Assembly (NCBI GenBank): GCA_000505065.1
Contig: AWSN01000001.1
Span: 196,567-260,566, forward strand
Length of the DNA: 64,000 bases
From: Parcubacteria bacterium RAAC4_OD1_1
Lineage (GTDB): Bacteria; Patescibacteriota; Minisyncoccia; Phycocordibacterales; UBA9973
Direction of reading: 5' to 3'
Shown: positions 56,727 to 64,000 of the stretch, one piece after another
Position numbering within the stretch: the first letter of the stretch is position 1
How the letters are laid out: each line of letters starts with the position of its first letter
The notes under the pieces: model-generated
Told to the model about the DNA's origin: nothing
Seen by the model: the letters and a program-made list of their open reading frames with translations, nothing else
Databases searched by the model: none
Program-made: the position numbers and the translations under genes

Positions 56727-57179
56727 TTAAACACGACGAGGCTTTTTAGGCTTTGGGCCATTATGAGGCACTGGTGTTAAATCTTTAATACTTGTAATCT
56801 CTATATCAAATGCCATAAAAGCTCTGATTGTAGGCTCGCGACCACTTCCAACTCCTTTTACTTTTACATCAACTTCTTTTATTCCTAAAGCTTTTGCTTT
56901 TTCTCCTATAATAGAACCAGCTTTAGAGGCAGCAAATGGTGTACCCTTTTTTGCTCCTTTAAAACCTAATGCTCCAGCAGATGTGGAAAAAAGTGCATTA
57001 CCATCTTTATCAGTAAGAACCACTTTCGTATTATTAAAAGTAGCTTCAACATTTAAAATACCAGCAACAATCTTCTTCTTAGGAGATTTTGAACCTCCCT
57101 TAGGAGAATTTTCTATCTGTACTTCTTCTGTATTTTTTATTTCTTCTTCTTTTTTAGTTATTATTTTTACTTTTCCCAT
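56727..57179 (-). CDS. rpsK: 30S ribosomal protein S11
   Basis: ATFNNTKVVLTD..GNALFSTSAG..TPFAA S11 core. Start at MGKVK (57179). The longer track ORF runs through the intergenic tandem repeat. Confidence 0.85.
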   Translation of the reverse strand: MGKVKIITKKEEEIKNTEEVQIENSPKGGSKSPKKKIVAGILNVEATFNNTKVVLTDKDGNALFSTSAGALGFKGAKKGTPFAASKAGSIIGEKAKALGIKEVDVKVKGVGSGREPTIRAFMAFDIEITSIKDLTPVPHNGPKPKKPRRV

Positions 57180-57186
57180 ATGATTT

Positions 57187-57225
57187 AAGTTTATAAAGTT
57201 TATAAAGTTTGCAAAGTTTATAAAG
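57187..57225. repeat. Tandem 9-mer (AAGTTTATA)x4 immediately upstream of rpsK
   Basis: AAGTTTATAAAGTTTATAAAGTTTGCAAAGTTTATAAAG. Each unit forms the palindrome CTTTATAAAG. Confidence 0.7.
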
Positions 57226-57267
57226 TAAACACTTTCAACTTTATAACTTCCCACATAACTACTTATT

Positions 57268-57648
57268 TTAAGTCTTACTTTCTTTTCTTCTTCCGGACGC
57301 CATCGTCTTTCTGACATTACCTCTAATAGTTCTTGAATTTGTTTTTGTTCTTTGACCTCTCACTGGCAATCTTTTCATATGTCTAGTGCCCCTATATGAC
57401 TTTATATCTTTTAATCTTTTTACATTAGAAGCTATTTCACGCTTTAAAACACCTTCTATTGTCATACTCTCTATTATTTTACGAATAGCATTTTCTTGAT
57501 CAACGGTAAGAGTATCTGCTTTTAATGTTTTATCAACACCTGCTTCTTTTAATATTGTTCTAGCACGAGAAACCCCAATCCCATATAAAGATGTGAGTGC
57601 TATATCTAAATGTTTGTTGTTTGGAATATTTATACCTAGTATTCTCAT
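57268..57648 (-). CDS. rpsM: 30S ribosomal protein S13
   Basis: MRILGINIPNNKHLDIALTSLYGIG is the S13 N-terminus. Confidence 0.9.
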   Translation of the reverse strand: MRILGINIPNNKHLDIALTSLYGIGVSRARTILKEAGVDKTLKADTLTVDQENAIRKIIESMTIEGVLKREIASNVKRLKDIKSYRGTRHMKRLPVRGQRTKTNSRTIRGNVRKTMASGRRKESKT

Positions 57649-57654
57649 ATAAAA

Positions 57655-57765
57655 TTATTGTTTTTGCTTATGTTTAGGATTTGAACAAATAACACGAAGA
57701 TGACCATTTCGTTTAACTATTTTACATTTTGTACAAATTTTTTTAACAGATGCTTTTATTTTCAT
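57655..57765 (-). CDS. rpmJ: 50S ribosomal protein L36
   Basis: [36 protein letters not shown], 36 aa. Below the ORF-track size cutoff. Confidence 0.85.
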   Translation of the reverse strand: MKIKASVKKICTKCKIVKRNGHLRVICSNPKHKQKQ

Positions 57766-57925
57766 AAATTCTTTTATTCTTTTAAAAGCGAAAGAAAAAC
57801 ATAGGGCTAATACCCTCTTATTTTTACTTAAGCGTATATTTTTTTATATTACACTAATTTAATAAAAAACGCAAGCCCCCACCCCTGTACTTTTTAATAT
57901 GAGCAGAAGACAAGTCCTTATATCT

Positions 57926-58138
57926 CTACATTCTTTTGATAACGCGACCCTTGCCACCATATGGATCAAGTAATACTTCTACCCTATCTCCAACCAAAAC
58001 TTTTATTCTATTCATACGCATTTTACCAGAAAGATAGGAAATGATAATTTTATCATTTCCTATATCTACTCTAAAAAGAGTGTTGGGTAATGCTTCTGTC
58101 ACTATACCTGTTACAATATTTTCGTTGTCTTTTATCAT
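57926..58138 (-). CDS. infA: Translation initiation factor IF-1
   Basis: S1-like OB fold (GIVTEALPNTLFRVDIGNDKIIISYLSGKMR). 70 aa. Confidence 0.85.
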   Translation of the reverse strand: MIKDNENIVTGIVTEALPNTLFRVDIGNDKIIISYLSGKMRMNRIKVLVGDRVEVLLDPYGGKGRVIKRM

Positions 58139-58170
58139 TTAATATTTATAATAATAACAAAAATAAAATT

Positions 58171-59496
58171 TTAGTCAATGGTAATTTTTATTTTATCTTT
58201 ATCTTCTGGTAATAATTTTTTCCAAGGAGGAAAAACAGAAAGTGATGCATGAGACACACCTGGATCTAACAAAAAAACAGAATTGGCATCTATCTTTTTA
58301 AGATTTACTAATTTACTTTTTAAAAATGATATATCAGGATTCCACAAAAGATTAACATTACCATTTAAAAGAAATTCAACATTATTTATCTCTTTATGAA
58401 CCAATTGATCAGATTCGTAAAAATTAAATTTTAAATCCTTTATGTTTGTAATATCAATTTGATTTATTTCTTTATCTTTTATATCTACAGAAAACAATTT
58501 TATAAGATTATTTTTCAAATCTTTTTCTTCTATTAAAATAGCAGTAAGACTTCCTGATAATAGAACAGAAGCTTTTGGATCTTTAGAGTAACCAATAGTG
58601 TCAGTATTATAAGAAAAAGAACTTGCTCCTTGGTAATATATATATCCTTCTGGAATTTCTGCTTTTAATTTCTTTTCTAATACATTTTTAAGAGTAGAAT
58701 TTGCAAAAATTTTTAAATTATCTTCATTTACACTTCCTATTTTATAAGCTTCTCCAGAAATACCCCCAACAAGTGGAGATTTGAGATTAGCATATATTTT
58801 GCTATATTTATCCATTCCTTTAAATTCACTTATATAAAATTTTTTTGGACTGCCATTGTAGGACTCACCTGCAAGAAAAGAAGTGATGGGGGTAGAGACT
58901 TCTCCTAAAACTTTTTTACCATTTACTATTTTATACCCAGGGATGATTACAGTATTATCTGTTTTGTAAGTTTTACCATTTTCATCTACTAAGAAAGTTC
59001 CAGCTAAAAGCTTTTGTGAAGTTGTAGCAAATTCATTATAAAAAACTACTTCACCTTTAGCCTTAATGGATACATTTTCCTTTTCTGATAATTCAATATT
59101 TTTCTTTTCTTCTCCTGTCACAATCATAACTTCAAAATTTATTTTACTTTCGTCGTCTCCTGAAAGAATAAATTTTTTATCTTTCAATATTAAATTTTCA
59201 TTTCTTTTTGTTATATGAATACTCGCATTATAAAAATATTCAGAAGCCCAAAACATAATACCTAAGGAAAACATAAAAATAAAAAGTAAAGATAAGCTTT
59301 TGCTCAAACCACGTTTTTTTTCTTTTATCTCTGGAAAAGATTGAATCCTTTCTCTTTTTTTAATTTTTGATATATATTTATCTATTTTTATATCTTCATC
59401 ATTAATTTCTTTTTTATTATCTTTAATGATAATTTTTTTTGTTATTTTTTTAAATTTTAAATCCTCAAGTATAATTTTAGACATATTTTTTTTCAT
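58171..59496 (-). CDS. Hypothetical bitopic membrane protein (cytoplasmic N-terminus, 1 TM, large extracytoplasmic domain)
   Basis: TM LSLLFIFMFSLGIMFWA at ~aa 65-85. Overlaps the upstream actin-like ATPase gene by 20 nt. Possible PilN/O- or FtsQ-like partner. Confidence 0.5.
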   Translation of the reverse strand: MKKNMSKIILEDLKFKKITKKIIIKDNKKEINDEDIKIDKYISKIKKRERIQSFPEIKEKKRGLSKSLSLLFIFMFSLGIMFWASEYFYNASIHITKRNENLILKDKKFILSGDDESKINFEVMIVTGEEKKNIELSEKENVSIKAKGEVVFYNEFATTSQKLLAGTFLVDENGKTYKTDNTVIIPGYKIVNGKKVLGEVSTPITSFLAGESYNGSPKKFYISEFKGMDKYSKIYANLKSPLVGGISGEAYKIGSVNEDNLKIFANSTLKNVLEKKLKAEIPEGYIYYQGASSFSYNTDTIGYSKDPKASVLLSGSLTAILIEEKDLKNNLIKLFSVDIKDKEINQIDITNIKDLKFNFYESDQLVHKEINNVEFLLNGNVNLLWNPDISFLKSKLVNLKKIDANSVFLLDPGVSHASLSVFPPWKKLLPEDKDKIKITID

Positions 59497-60667
59497 TTTT
59501 TCTCATTACCGCTATTGCTTCGACCATAAGAAAAGGATCACAAGTCCCTTCTTCTACACTGCACATACTTAAGAATTCTGGACCATCCAGGGTGACGACA
59601 GAACACTTCCCTCCTTCTAATACTTTTTGTATATGTTCTTCTGTACGCAATACAGTGACAAACCATTCTTTTATATCATTATCTGCAGTTAAAAAAATTG
59701 TATTGGGTAAAACAAGATTCCTTGGTAATGTACTTACTGCTTCTATAAAAGCTTCACCCCAAGAATTTTCTATTGATTTAAGTAAGGGTGTAATTTCTTT
59801 TTTATAATTTTCAGAAATATCATTTTTGCAATAAAGACCAAATATTTCCTCGGCATCACGTAATTCTATTTCCATCTTTGTACACATATATTTAAAAAAT
59901 GTTTTCTTCCCAAAAGGAAAAGACAACGATGCTTTTAGTATTCCATTTAAAACTATACCCACATCTGTCATTTCTCCACTAATATCCAAAATAATATAAG
60001 AATTAGGATGTATGTATTTATCTCTTATTGCCACGTATGTATCCATCATAAATGAAGAGAATTTAATAGGTGATCTATAAAAATTTTTTTCTATTGTATT
60101 TTTAATTTTTTCAAGAAGAATAATTGGGGACATAGAAATAAACATATTAATTTCTACAGATTTTGTCATTTTGTTTATAGGGTTATCTACATAATAACCA
60201 TTCAGAGACATTCCCATTATATGATGCTCAATCATTTTTGGTTTGGTTCTTAATTTATCATAACGGATAGAAAAAGATTCATTTACTTTTAAAAGCTCTT
60301 CTTTGACAAGATCATCAGCCAGTTTTTGATTAAAATAAAAATATTTATCTTTAGTGTGTTTTATTAATCTAGTTTCAGAAATATACCAAGGAGAAGATAA
60401 AACACAATATATTTCATCTATTTTCCAATGACCCATTTTCTTAATTTCTATAGCAGAAAAAGTTATAGCATCTAGAGTTTCTCTTAAGAGTTTAGAAACA
60501 TTGTTATCTTTGTTTATTTTTATTTCAGACCTAGCAGATTTTATAATAGAAGGAATAAAATTATTATCAGCTGACATCTTTACAATACCTACTGTGACAC
60601 TACTAGAACCAATATCAAAAATAGCAACAACTTTATCTTTATTTTTTGTTTTAAACAAAAATCTCAT
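59477..60667 (-). CDS. Actin-like ATPase, FtsA/PilM family
   Basis: Phosphate-1 VVAIFDIGSSSVTVGIV and phosphate-2 ILDISGEMTDVGIV motifs. Confidence 0.6.
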   Translation of the reverse strand: MRFLFKTKNKDKVVAIFDIGSSSVTVGIVKMSADNNFIPSIIKSARSEIKINKDNNVSKLLRETLDAITFSAIEIKKMGHWKIDEIYCVLSSPWYISETRLIKHTKDKYFYFNQKLADDLVKEELLKVNESFSIRYDKLRTKPKMIEHHIMGMSLNGYYVDNPINKMTKSVEINMFISMSPIILLEKIKNTIEKNFYRSPIKFSSFMMDTYVAIRDKYIHPNSYIILDISGEMTDVGIVLNGILKASLSFPFGKKTFFKYMCTKMEIELRDAEEIFGLYCKNDISENYKKEITPLLKSIENSWGEAFIEAVSTLPRNLVLPNTIFLTADNDIKEWFVTVLRTEEHIQKVLEGGKCSVVTLDGPEFLSMCSVEEGTCDPFLMVEAIAVMRKNEKKYV

Positions 60668-60706
60668 ATAAGATATTATATCATATCTAAAAACAAAAGT
60701 ATTTTA

Positions 60707-62452
60707 TTATTCCAATACAGCCTTTATTCGGCGGACTCCAGCGGAGGAAGCTTCTTCTTTCTGGATTTTAAATACTCCCAATTCGGAAGTATTCGTAATA
60801 TGAGGACCCCCACAGAATTCTTTAGATATGGCTTCCCCCTTCTCATCCTCTACAAAGTATAATGATACAATATCAGGATATTTCGCTCCAAATTCCATCT
60901 CAGCTCCAATCTTTTCTGCTTCAAGTAAAGGCATTTCTTTTCTAACTACATTTAAACCCCTTTGTATTTTATCATTTACCCAGTCCTCTACCTTTTTCTT
61001 TTCTTCATCTGTAAGCTTTCTATCAAACATAAAATCCATACGAAGTCTTTCCTCGGTAATATTACTTCCTCTTTGTTTAATATTTTTATCAATTACATTT
61101 TGAAGCCCTGCAAGAAGTAAATGATGCGCGGTATGAAGTTTTATTGTTTTTTCATTATGATTTGCAAGCCCACCCTTAAACATTCCCGCAGATGCAGTTT
61201 GTGAAAGCTTTTGATGTTCTTCCATTTTTTTATTAAAACCAACTCTATCTATTTTTACACCTTTCTCTTTTGCAAGTTCTTCTGTAAGTTCTATTGGAAA
61301 TCCATAGGTGGTAAATAAAACAAATGGATCAGTCCCTTTTTCAAATTCTTTCAATCCTCTTTCTAATGTTTCTCTAAATTTACTTTCTTCTTTTTCTATT
61401 TCTATTTTAATTAAATTTTTATTCTTATCTAATTCAGAATAAGCGACACTATAATTTGCAATTACAATATCTGAAAGCAATAACAAATCTTTTTCTTTCA
61501 TTCCAATTTTATCTCCAAACCTTATCGCTCGGCGAATTATCCTTCTAAGCACATATCCAGCACCTGCATTAGAAGGTATTGCACCGTCTCCTATCATAAA
61601 TACAGTAGTACGAATATGATCCGCGATTATTCTTTCTATTTTTTCATCTCTCACATTTGAAAGTTCTTTAATTTTTTCTAAAATTGACACAAACAAATCT
61701 GTATCAAATACAGTTTTTACACCTTGCTTTACCATCACAATTCTTTCAAGCCCCATTCCTGTATCTACATTATGTTGTGCAAGCTTTCCAACTACTATGC
61801 CACTCTTCTTTTCATACTGCATAAAAACATTATTCCAGATCTCTATCACTCTACCCTCATCATCCGCCTTTACAAATTCGTCATGAGTTATATCTCCAAG
61901 AGGAGTTTCATTAGGATCATAAAATATTTCTGTATCTGGTCCACATGGGCCATTATCCCCTGCACTCCACCAATTATTCTTCGCAGGTAAAAAATAAATT
62001 CTATTTTCTGGCAAATACTTTTTCCAGATATTAAAAGCCTCTTCATCCCTTGGAGCATTTTCATCTCCTTCGAAAACCGTCACATATATTCTATCTTTAT
62101 TTAAACCAAGTCCAACTTTTTCATCAGTTAAAAATTGAAATGAATATAGAATTGCTTCTTCTTTAAAATAATCACCGAGTGACCAGTTCCCAAGCATTTC
62201 AAAAAATGTAAGGTGTCTATTATCCCCCACATCATCTATATCTCCAGTTCTGACGCACTTCTGTGCATCACAAAGCCTAGTTCCCATAGGATGCTTTTGA
62301 CCAAGTAAATAAGGAACAAGTGGTTGCATCCCTGCCGTATTAAAAAGAACCGAAGGATCATTCTCAGGTATAAGAGAAGCACTAGGTATTATCTTGTGAT
62401 CTTTAGACTTAAAAAAATCTAAAAACTTTTGTCTGATTTCGTTTGGTGTCAT
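60707..62452 (-). CDS. alaS: Alanyl-tRNA synthetase, short form (no C-terminal C-Ala domain)
   Basis: AlaRS catalytic core (FNTAGMQPLVPY), tRNA-recognition and editing domains (HTAHHLL..CGGPHITNTSE). 581 aa against ~870 typical. Confidence 0.85.
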   Translation of the reverse strand: MTPNEIRQKFLDFFKSKDHKIIPSASLIPENDPSVLFNTAGMQPLVPYLLGQKHPMGTRLCDAQKCVRTGDIDDVGDNRHLTFFEMLGNWSLGDYFKEEAILYSFQFLTDEKVGLGLNKDRIYVTVFEGDENAPRDEEAFNIWKKYLPENRIYFLPAKNNWWSAGDNGPCGPDTEIFYDPNETPLGDITHDEFVKADDEGRVIEIWNNVFMQYEKKSGIVVGKLAQHNVDTGMGLERIVMVKQGVKTVFDTDLFVSILEKIKELSNVRDEKIERIIADHIRTTVFMIGDGAIPSNAGAGYVLRRIIRRAIRFGDKIGMKEKDLLLLSDIVIANYSVAYSELDKNKNLIKIEIEKEESKFRETLERGLKEFEKGTDPFVLFTTYGFPIELTEELAKEKGVKIDRVGFNKKMEEHQKLSQTASAGMFKGGLANHNEKTIKLHTAHHLLLAGLQNVIDKNIKQRGSNITEERLRMDFMFDRKLTDEEKKKVEDWVNDKIQRGLNVVRKEMPLLEAEKIGAEMEFGAKYPDIVSLYFVEDEKGEAISKEFCGGPHITNTSELGVFKIQKEEASSAGVRRIKAVLE

Positions 62453-62486
62453 ATAAGATATATTATACTAAAAAAGTTAAAGAGAA

Positions 62487-62519
62487 AAGCCCCGCCCAGA
62501 CACAGTCAGAGCGGGGCTT
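62487..62519. terminator. Rho-independent terminator after the mgtC-family gene
   Basis: AAGCCCCGC-N15-GCGGGGCTT, a 9-bp GC stem followed by TTTTCTCTTT on the minus strand. Confidence 0.65.
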
Positions 62520-62526
62520 AATTTAA

Positions 62527-63018
62527 TTAATGTAAATCTTCATGACTTTCTTCATTAAAAAATTTTGTTTTCTTAATTTGCTCTTCTACAAACCATAAAA
62601 CCACAAATATAAATAAAGTAAGAAAAGTAGAAACAATTGCAATATTAAAAAGTCCAAAACCTGTTGCCATACCGATACCAGCAGCAACCCAAAGCCCCGT
62701 CGCAGTAGTAAGACCCATTACCTTTGAATCTTTAGAAAAAATAAGCCCAGTACCAAGGAATCCTACTCCAACAACAATCTGTGCCACAATCATAAGAGGA
62801 TTCATCCCGAGGTATGAAGCATAAGAATTTACCATTTCATTAGAGATAATTACAAACAAAGCTGAACCCATAGACACAAGCGCATAAGTCCTCATTCCCG
62901 CTGTTTTATGAGCCCAAACTCTCTCTACTCCAATAATCATACCAAGGAAAAGAGCTACTAATAATTTAACTATGATATCTATAGTCACTTGATCTAAAAA
63001 ATTATTTAACATAAACAT
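62527..63018 (-). CDS. mgtC: MgtC/SapB family membrane protein
   Basis: LGMIIGVERVWAHKTAGMRTYALVSMGSALF is the MgtC signature. 163 aa. Confidence 0.75.
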   Translation of the reverse strand: MFMLNNFLDQVTIDIIVKLLVALFLGMIIGVERVWAHKTAGMRTYALVSMGSALFVIISNEMVNSYASYLGMNPLMIVAQIVVGVGFLGTGLIFSKDSKVMGLTTATGLWVAAGIGMATGFGLFNIAIVSTFLTLFIFVVLWFVEEQIKKTKFFNEESHEDLH

Positions 63019-63033
63019 ATTATAACATATCTT

Positions 63034-64000
63034 TTAATAAACTTCATTCTGATAGCACCTCTCACAATAAACTATTTCAGGTCTATCAGGAGAATATGAA
63101 GTCTCAAAAGTATTAGTACAGCCTTCTTTCATACAGGATCTATGCCAGAGTTTAAGAGGGTTTCTTTGTGAGAGTCTTTCATAGTGTCTACAGTTAGGAC
63201 AGAGTCTTGGGATGGGGAGATTCATACGGCGGTAGAACTGGTATTCTTCGGGGATAATTTTGAATGCTTCTGTGCATTGATGATTACAGTCTTTGTGTAA
63301 ACATTCTATGACTTTACCTACTATGGATTCATCTGTATCATTTATATCATCTGGTATATCACTATTCTTGATATCTATAGTATAGTTTCTTTCTTCTTTA
63401 TCTTTCCATTTGTATCCTTGCTCTTGTGCTTCTTCTTTAGTTAATGGATAGTATTCTTGAGCTATTGTTTCGTTATATGCAAAGGGAGAGAGTTCAGATG
63501 GGAAGAATTCACCGTATTTATATACTCTACCTTTACTATCTATATAGGGCATATCTGACATGTGTTGGATAATTTTAGGGACTAATTCTTCGTATTGTTC
63601 TTTGGTGTATTGGCGGTTGAGGATGCAGTATGATTTGTTTTTAAGACCGATGCAGGCAAAACAGTTGGAGCAATTAATACAAAGATGGACTAATTCAGTA
63701 TTTTTATTTCCTTTAGAGTGAGAAAAAAATTTAGTTAAATAACCTCCGTCAGCAGCAAGAGAAGACTCATAACATAATTCATTATTTAAACCACCATTTA
63801 TATCATAACTATCTTTCAGTCCATCAAATATCCGCCAACAATTTTTTGCATTTTCTGATTTAGTAACAATAAAAGAATTTTTAACATTTTTTGAATTTAA
63901 AATATCATCACCATAAGAATCAACACTATTAACAATATGAGCAAATTTATGAATACTATTTTTAATTAAAGCATAAAACTCTATTTTCAATTTTAATAAA
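63034..64000 (-). CDS. Cysteine-rich repeat protein, paralog of 41377..43092 (partial, N-terminus beyond window end)
   Basis: C-terminal ~200 aa are highly similar to the first copy (YTKEQYEELVPKIIQHMSDMPYIDSKGRVYKYGEFFP..PRLCPNCRHYERLSQRNPLKLWHRSC..YCERCYQNEVY). ~70% nucleotide identity. No stop upstream of 64000. Confidence 0.55.
   Translation of the reverse strand, partial: LLKLKIEFYALIKNSIHKFAHIVNSVDSYGDDILNSKNVKNSFIVTKSENAKNCWRIFDGLKDSYDINGGLNNELCYESSLAADGGYLTKFFSHSKGNKNTELVHLCINCSNCFACIGLKNKSYCILNRQYTKEQYEELVPKIIQHMSDMPYIDSKGRVYKYGEFFPSELSPFAYNETIAQEYYPLTKEEAQEQGYKWKDKEERNYTIDIKNSDIPDDINDTDESIVGKVIECLHKDCNHQCTEAFKIIPEEYQFYRRMNLPIPRLCPNCRHYERLSQRNPLKLWHRSCMKEGCTNTFETSYSPDRPEIVYCERCYQNEVY

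Noticed and set aside
57856-57890. G-quadruplex at CAGGGGTGGGGGCTTGCG
   Set aside because: Only two G-runs, too few for an intramolecular G4. Probably part of the infA-rpmJ spacer/terminator region.
1-64000. Alternative genetic code (UGA recoding as in some CPR lineages)
   Set aside because: Conserved proteins (DnaK, RpoA, aaRSs) translate full-length with the standard table, and genes terminate at TAA/TAG/TGA at expected positions.

Overview
This is a low-GC (~30%), densely coded bacterial segment in which 59 of about 67 genes lie on the minus strand. The gene content suggests a small-genome bacterium, possibly from the Candidate Phyla Radiation (CPR): transketolase is split into N- and C-terminal subunit genes, AlaRS is a short 581-aa form, and a short AspRS lacking the GAD insertion occurs alongside gatB. 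The window ends in a partial lytic transglycosylase gene on the left (1..1120), and a partial gene runs past the right edge.

Housekeeping content:
- Ribosomal proteins: L25 and L21, plus the alpha-operon run infA-rpmJ-rpsM-rpsK-rpsD-rpoA-rplQ followed by rplM-rpsI.
- tRNA synthetases: gltX, aspS, trpS, cysS and a short alaS, plus gatB.
- Central metabolism: the pentose-phosphate/glycolysis block fba, pfkB-kinase, tkt-C, tkt-N, rpe, rpiB, gap.
- Cell envelope and chromosome: murG-ftsW-mraY and scpA/scpB.
- Replication and repair: dnaB and recR.
- Chaperones: grpE/dnaK/dnaJ.
- One tRNA-Leu(UAA).

Unusual content:
1. A 4.3-kb accessory island (2290..6665) holds five small unknown genes, each with its own near-consensus sigma70 promoter that shares a palindromic operator-like module. 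Six same-orientation copies of a ~28-nt hairpin repeat (GCTCCCCACwTGGGACGAAGTGGGAACC) separate the genes.
2. A ~85-nt element with terminal inverted repeats, resembling a miniature inverted-repeat transposable element (MITE), occurs four times. Each copy sits immediately 5' of a start codon (aguA, aguB, asd, dnaK) in the same orientation relative to the gene. A second, related TIR-flanked element lies between dnaK and dnaJ.
3. A complete arginine-to-(nor)spermidine pathway is clustered: SpeA-like decarboxylase, aguA, aguB, carboxynorspermidine dehydrogenase and decarboxylase. A 571-aa cysteine-rich repeat protein of unknown family is embedded in it, and a conserved paralog sits at the window end.
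4. A cyclodipeptide synthase (CDPS) homolog follows the SpeA-like gene after a 28-nt gap and may be co-transcribed with it.
5. A PaaX-like winged-HTH regulator is transcribed divergently from dnaK. A perfect 13+2+13 palindrome overlaps the -35 boxes of both promoters, making it a candidate non-HrcA heat-shock operator.
6. An HNH endonuclease gene overlaps the 5' end of tRNA-Leu by 15 nt.
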